Below, in pieces: positions 60,253 to 64,000 of a stretch of 64,000 nucleotides of DNA. How positions within the stretch are numbered: position 1 is the first letter of the stretch; every line of letters begins with the position of its first letter. The notes under the pieces were generated by a model, which was not told where the DNA came from, searched no databases, and saw nothing but the letters and a program-made list of their open reading frames with translations. The stretch is from a bacterium (lineage in GTDB: Bacteria > Zhuqueibacterota > Zhuqueibacteria > Residuimicrobiales > Krinioviventaceae), in NCBI GenBank assembly GCA_963674595.2, contig CAXXFV010000023.1, positions 192,001 to 256,000 on the forward strand. The letters are read 5' to 3'. The position numbers and the translations under genes were made by a program.

Positions 60253-62004
60253 TTAGCTGATATTTTTGTTTTTACGTCTTTTGGCTTTTTGTTTTGGGGG
60301 AGAGGTCCTCGTTTTGAGTTTCTTTTTCCCAAAGTGTTGTTTAGGCAGTTCTGTTGATTTGGAAATTTTTAATTGTTGGCCGGCAACCCATACCTTTTTT
60401 AATATTTTAAAAATATCTTTGGGCATATTTTCCGGCAGATCAACTGTGCTGTAATCATCCATAATATTTATTTGACCGATGAATTCACTGTCCAGCCCAA
60501 CCTCGTTAGCAATTGCACCAACAATATTGCCGGGTTTAACACCGTGAGCATGTCCGACTTCAATCCGGAAACGTTCCATGCCCGCTTCGGGCTCGATAGA
60601 TCTTTTTAGCCGTTTTATGCTTGTTTTACTTTTTTTACGAATCGGCTCTTCATCTTCCGGTTCCGGTCTGTATTTTTTTTCTTTCAACAATAGCGGTGTG
60701 TCTCCCTGGACCATTTGTGCCAGTGCGGCTGCAATGATTATCGGATCTGCATTGTGTTCTTGTTGAAACTGATCAACAATTTTGTGAAAAATACCCAGGT
60801 CTTCCGATTCCAAAGTATCTGCTATTCGTTGTTTAAATCTAATTATTCGTTGGTCATTGATCATTTCCGCAGAGGGCATCTGCATAAGTTCAATTTTTTG
60901 ATTTGTGGCTCGCTCAATAGAAGACAGCATGCGTTTTTCTCGTGGAGCAACAAACAAAATAGCTTCTCCGGTTCGTCCGGCCCGACCGGTTCGTCCGATT
61001 CGGTGAATGTATGCCTCCGTATCATAGGGAATGTCATAATTAATAACATGACTGATTCGGTCAACATCAAGACCCCGTGCGGCAACATCGGTAGCCACTA
61101 AAATGTTTAGCGTCCCGTTTTTTAAATGTTCTATTGTGCGTTCTCGCTGAGACTGGGCAATATCGCCGTTAATCGGCGCAGCCGCATATCCCCTGGCCAG
61201 TAATTTTTCGGCAAGCTCAACCGTTGCATTACGGGTACGTACGAAAATGATAATGCCGTCAAAAGTTTCAGCTTCCAGAATACGTGTTAATGCGTCGAGT
61301 TTATGCAGTCCGCTAACCATCCAATAACGTTGTCGGGTTGTTTCAACCGTTGTTGTATGAGTTTTAATGGTTATTTCCTGCGGGTCTTTTAAATATTTTT
61401 GAGCAATGCTGCGAATTTGTTTGGGCATTGTTGCAGAAAAAAGTGTTACCTGGCGTTTTTCCGGTGTTTGTTCCAATATCCATTCAACATCATCTATAAA
61501 ACCCATACGCAGCATTTCATCTGCTTCATCCAAAACGACGCAATCTATAGAATCGAGGTTTAATGTTTTTCGACGCATGTGGTCCATAACACGGCCTGGT
61601 GTGCCGACAACAACATGTACGCCTCTTTTTAACCGTTTAAACTGTATGCCAAAATCCTGGCCTCCGTAAATTGGCAGAATGTGAAAATTTTTTATAAAGT
61701 GCGCATATTTTTGGAATGCTTCTGCAACCTGGATAGCCAGTTCTCGAGTCGGTGTTAAAACCAATACCTGTGGTGCGGTCTTTTTTAAATTTATATTTGA
61801 AAGCAACGGCAAAGCAAATGCGGCTGTTTTCCCTGTTCCTGTTTGGGCTTGCCCAACAACATCCTGTCCATTCAGAATATGTGGTATAACTTGTGCCTGG
61901 ATAGGGGTTGGTGTTTCATATCCAACATTTTTTAAAGCTTTTAATAACGGTTTAATAAGTAAAAAGTCATCAAAGGTCATGTTGGATATATTTTCATCGG
62001 GCAT
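60253..62004 (-). CDS. deaD: DEAD-box RNA helicase DeaD/CsdA
   Basis: AQTGTGKT, PTRELA, DEADEML, SAT, HRIGRTGRAG, C-terminal DbpA-type RNA-binding domain. Confidence 0.93.
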   Translation of the reverse strand: MPDENISNMTFDDFLLIKPLLKALKNVGYETPTPIQAQVIPHILNGQDVVGQAQTGTGKTAAFALPLLSNINLKKTAPQVLVLTPTRELAIQVAEAFQKYAHFIKNFHILPIYGGQDFGIQFKRLKRGVHVVVGTPGRVMDHMRRKTLNLDSIDCVVLDEADEMLRMGFIDDVEWILEQTPEKRQVTLFSATMPKQIRSIAQKYLKDPQEITIKTHTTTVETTRQRYWMVSGLHKLDALTRILEAETFDGIIIFVRTRNATVELAEKLLARGYAAAPINGDIAQSQRERTIEHLKNGTLNILVATDVAARGLDVDRISHVINYDIPYDTEAYIHRIGRTGRAGRTGEAILFVAPREKRMLSSIERATNQKIELMQMPSAEMINDQRIIRFKQRIADTLESEDLGIFHKIVDQFQQEHNADPIIIAAALAQMVQGDTPLLLKEKKYRPEPEDEEPIRKKSKTSIKRLKRSIEPEAGMERFRIEVGHAHGVKPGNIVGAIANEVGLDSEFIGQINIMDDYSTVDLPENMPKDIFKILKKVWVAGQQLKISKSTELPKQHFGKKKLKTRTSPPKQKAKRRKNKNIS

Positions 62005-62160
62005 TATATTCTCCTAAATTGTTACATAATAACTCTGGCAATATTTGAGAAATGGTTCTGCTAAATACAAACGTTGTAATGGGAAATTTTTCAAGCAGGA
62101 ATATCTACAAATTATTTTTTTGTTGGAATGCTAGAGTCGTGTGATGTGCTACGTGAATTG

Positions 62161-62200
62161 AAAACAAAAAAATAAGCTGCCTTCTGTTCGAAAGCAGCTT
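62161..62200 (-). terminator. Orphan terminator-like hairpin upstream of deaD
   Basis: Minus strand AAGCTGCTTTC-GAACA-GAAGGCAGCTT followed by ATTTTTTTGTTTT. Confidence 0.55.
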
Positions 62201-62323
62201 TCCTTTCATATAATATGAAATGTACAGCTTTTCTTTTTAAAAAACAATGCTTTTGTTTTGTATTTAATGTGTAAATATTATTATATTGCATAAAGGATTT
62301 ATTTCGATTTTGTTGTAAAGAGG

Positions 62324-63559
62324 ATGATTATGAAAAAGACAGCAATACTGATTTTTATTTCCCTGATAAATATTTACAATATAACAGCCAAAGCTCAAAC
62401 ATCTCCCTTTATAAGTATTCAGGAGTTTGGTGTTGTTCCGCAAAATTCCGCTAAAGAGAACACGTTAAATCTTCAAAAGGCAATTGATTGGGCATCAAAA
62501 CAGGGAGCTGCTCTGTTTGTTGAACCAACCGAGGATCCGTACCCTGTTGAAGGTGGAATTGTTTTAAAGAAAAATGTTTCTCTTGTTGGTGTTCACGGCC
62601 CTGTCGGCCGCGGAACACGGCACCCTGAAAAAGTTCAGCCTGTAGGCAGCGTGTTTCAAATAAAAGATGAAAGAAATGTGTTTATAACTGTTGAAGCGGC
62701 CACCCAAATTCGGGGAATTCAATTTTGGTATCCGAATCAGACATTAACAGACCCTCAAAAAATTATCCCCTATCCGCCTACTATTCAGGCTTCCCCAAGT
62801 GTTTCTGCACAGGGAGTGACGCTGTCTTGCCTGACTTTTTACGGTGAATATATTGCAATGGATTTTAATACGTCTCCCGATAATATTTGTGAACAAGTTT
62901 TATTTGAACATTGTTACGGCTATCCGTTAAGCGGTGAATTTATTAAAATTGATTACTGTTATGATATCCCGCGTATTTTGCATTGCCACGTAAATCCGGC
63001 TATTCGGCGTTTTATAGATGGACAGTACACTATACAGGTTATCAATGCTGTTGTTGATAAAAAAACATATACATATCAAATTAACCATACCGATAATGCT
63101 CAACTAATAGACGTTTTTACGTTTGGTGTTTTTGGTGGTATTTACCTTGGGCCTGAGACCTATGGACAGTTAACGAACTTTAATTTTGATTGTGTTACAG
63201 TGGGGATTAATAAATTTGGTGATAATTCTTTTAACCGTAATTGGCAGATCAGCCAGGGATCTATAATTGCGAATACGGGTGATGACATTACAGAAATCCA
63301 TCCGATAATTATTCAAGGCAAAGGGCACACTTCAATTACTAATGTTGAGGCCTTTTCCGGAGCAAATGGCGCCTTGACAACATTGGATCAATCGAATGAT
63401 TTTTTATATGTAAAAGGAACGGACACATTAACAATAAGCCTGTTTGGCTGCAGAATGCGTAATTACAAGGCAAATAATCCAATTACTTTTGAAAATCCGA
63501 AAGCAATCATTCAGGCTTTTGGATGTATTGATAAATATGAAAAACCTTTCAATTATTAA
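62324..63559 (+). CDS. Secreted parallel beta-helix (pectate-lyase-3/GH28-related) protein
   Basis: Signal peptide; SIQEFGV...NTLNLQKAID; beta-helix-type repeats. Confidence 0.7.
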   Translation: MIMKKTAILIFISLINIYNITAKAQTSPFISIQEFGVVPQNSAKENTLNLQKAIDWASKQGAALFVEPTEDPYPVEGGIVLKKNVSLVGVHGPVGRGTRHPEKVQPVGSVFQIKDERNVFITVEAATQIRGIQFWYPNQTLTDPQKIIPYPPTIQASPSVSAQGVTLSCLTFYGEYIAMDFNTSPDNICEQVLFEHCYGYPLSGEFIKIDYCYDIPRILHCHVNPAIRRFIDGQYTIQVINAVVDKKTYTYQINHTDNAQLIDVFTFGVFGGIYLGPETYGQLTNFNFDCVTVGINKFGDNSFNRNWQISQGSIIANTGDDITEIHPIIIQGKGHTSITNVEAFSGANGALTTLDQSNDFLYVKGTDTLTISLFGCRMRNYKANNPITFENPKAIIQAFGCIDKYEKPFNY

Positions 63560-63738
63560 TACCATTTTTGATATATCTCATAAAATATGCTTTTCATACT
63601 TGAAGTTTGTTAAATATTAAATTACCTTATTAAAATGGTTCTTTCATTGTAGTCATAATTTTTATATCTTGAAATTCCTGCAAATATTTTTGTGTTTGTT
63701 GAGAGTCACTATATTACTATTTTTCAAGGATTCGTTTA

Positions 63739-64000
63739 ATGAGGCTAAAGTATAAAGCTGGGTTACTTTTTTCTGTTCTGTTTTGTTTCCTCTTTTATTC
63801 TCAAGGTTTATCACTTCCCTATGAAATTACCTTTATGAGGTACACAATGGATAACGGTCTTTCCAATAACTCTGTCCATTGTGTTCTTGAAGATAAAGAC
63901 GGGTTTATGTGGTTTGGAACAGAAGAGGGGCTTAACCGATTTGACGGATATTTTTTTAAAACTATTAATGCAGATAAAAATGAAATACTACATTTAAGCG
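63739..64000 (+). CDS. 5' part of a two-component regulator propeller (Reg_prop) sensor, likely a hybrid TCS; runs off the window
   Basis: Not in the ORF track; ATG 63739 gives ...NGLSNNSVHCVLEDKDGFMWFGTEEGLNRFDG. Confidence 0.85.
   Translation, partial: MRLKYKAGLLFSVLFCFLFYSQGLSLPYEITFMRYTMDNGLSNNSVHCVLEDKDGFMWFGTEEGLNRFDGYFFKTINADKNEILHLS

Noticed and set aside
1-64000. tRNA, rRNA, transposase, integrase, prophage or defence genes
   Set aside because: None recognised by eye in the ORFs or intergenic gaps; a covariance or HMM scan could still find divergent cases

Overview
AT-rich (roughly 35-45% GC by eye) window from a diderm FCB-group-type bacterium, most likely KSB1/Calditrichota-like. 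That assignment is an inference from YPNPFN/FlgD-type C-terminal sorting domains combined with strong Shine-Dalgarno sites. 1-19 kb is mostly housekeeping: lysA, pyrR-pyrB-pyrC, rplM-rpsI-rpsB-tsf-pyrH-frr with an intact rpsB (t44/S2) leader, plus envelope genes. 19-29.5 kb is a four-gene surface locus: two paralogous SH3b-in-Ig proteins, a cohesin-bearing lipoprotein, and a 2403-aa non-catalytic protein with two vWA modules, a YCF48-like propeller and a cohesin-dockerin-cohesin-CTD tail. That giant protein also contains an apparently circularly permuted laminin-IV domain and an interleaved, split PKD domain. This locus is the best candidate for an undescribed system. 29.5-64 kb is accessory: a MATE operon, GH97, GH106, an orphan alpha/alpha-barrel lipoprotein, two Tat sulfatases, a propeller-methyltransferase-propeller protein with a Cys-rich partner, a sigma54-driven Ca-binding repeat protein plus beta-barrel, a TonB-dependent receptor with a two-component system, and deaD. 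Non-coding signals include several sigma54-type promoters, OmpR-type 11-bp direct repeats and an unannotated uORF/anti-SD leader at 40.2-40.4 kb. About 8 frameshifts cluster in 51.9-56.3 kb and look like sequencing indels. No tRNA, rRNA, CRISPR array or transposase was recognised. All domain calls are by-eye motif recognition, not database searches.
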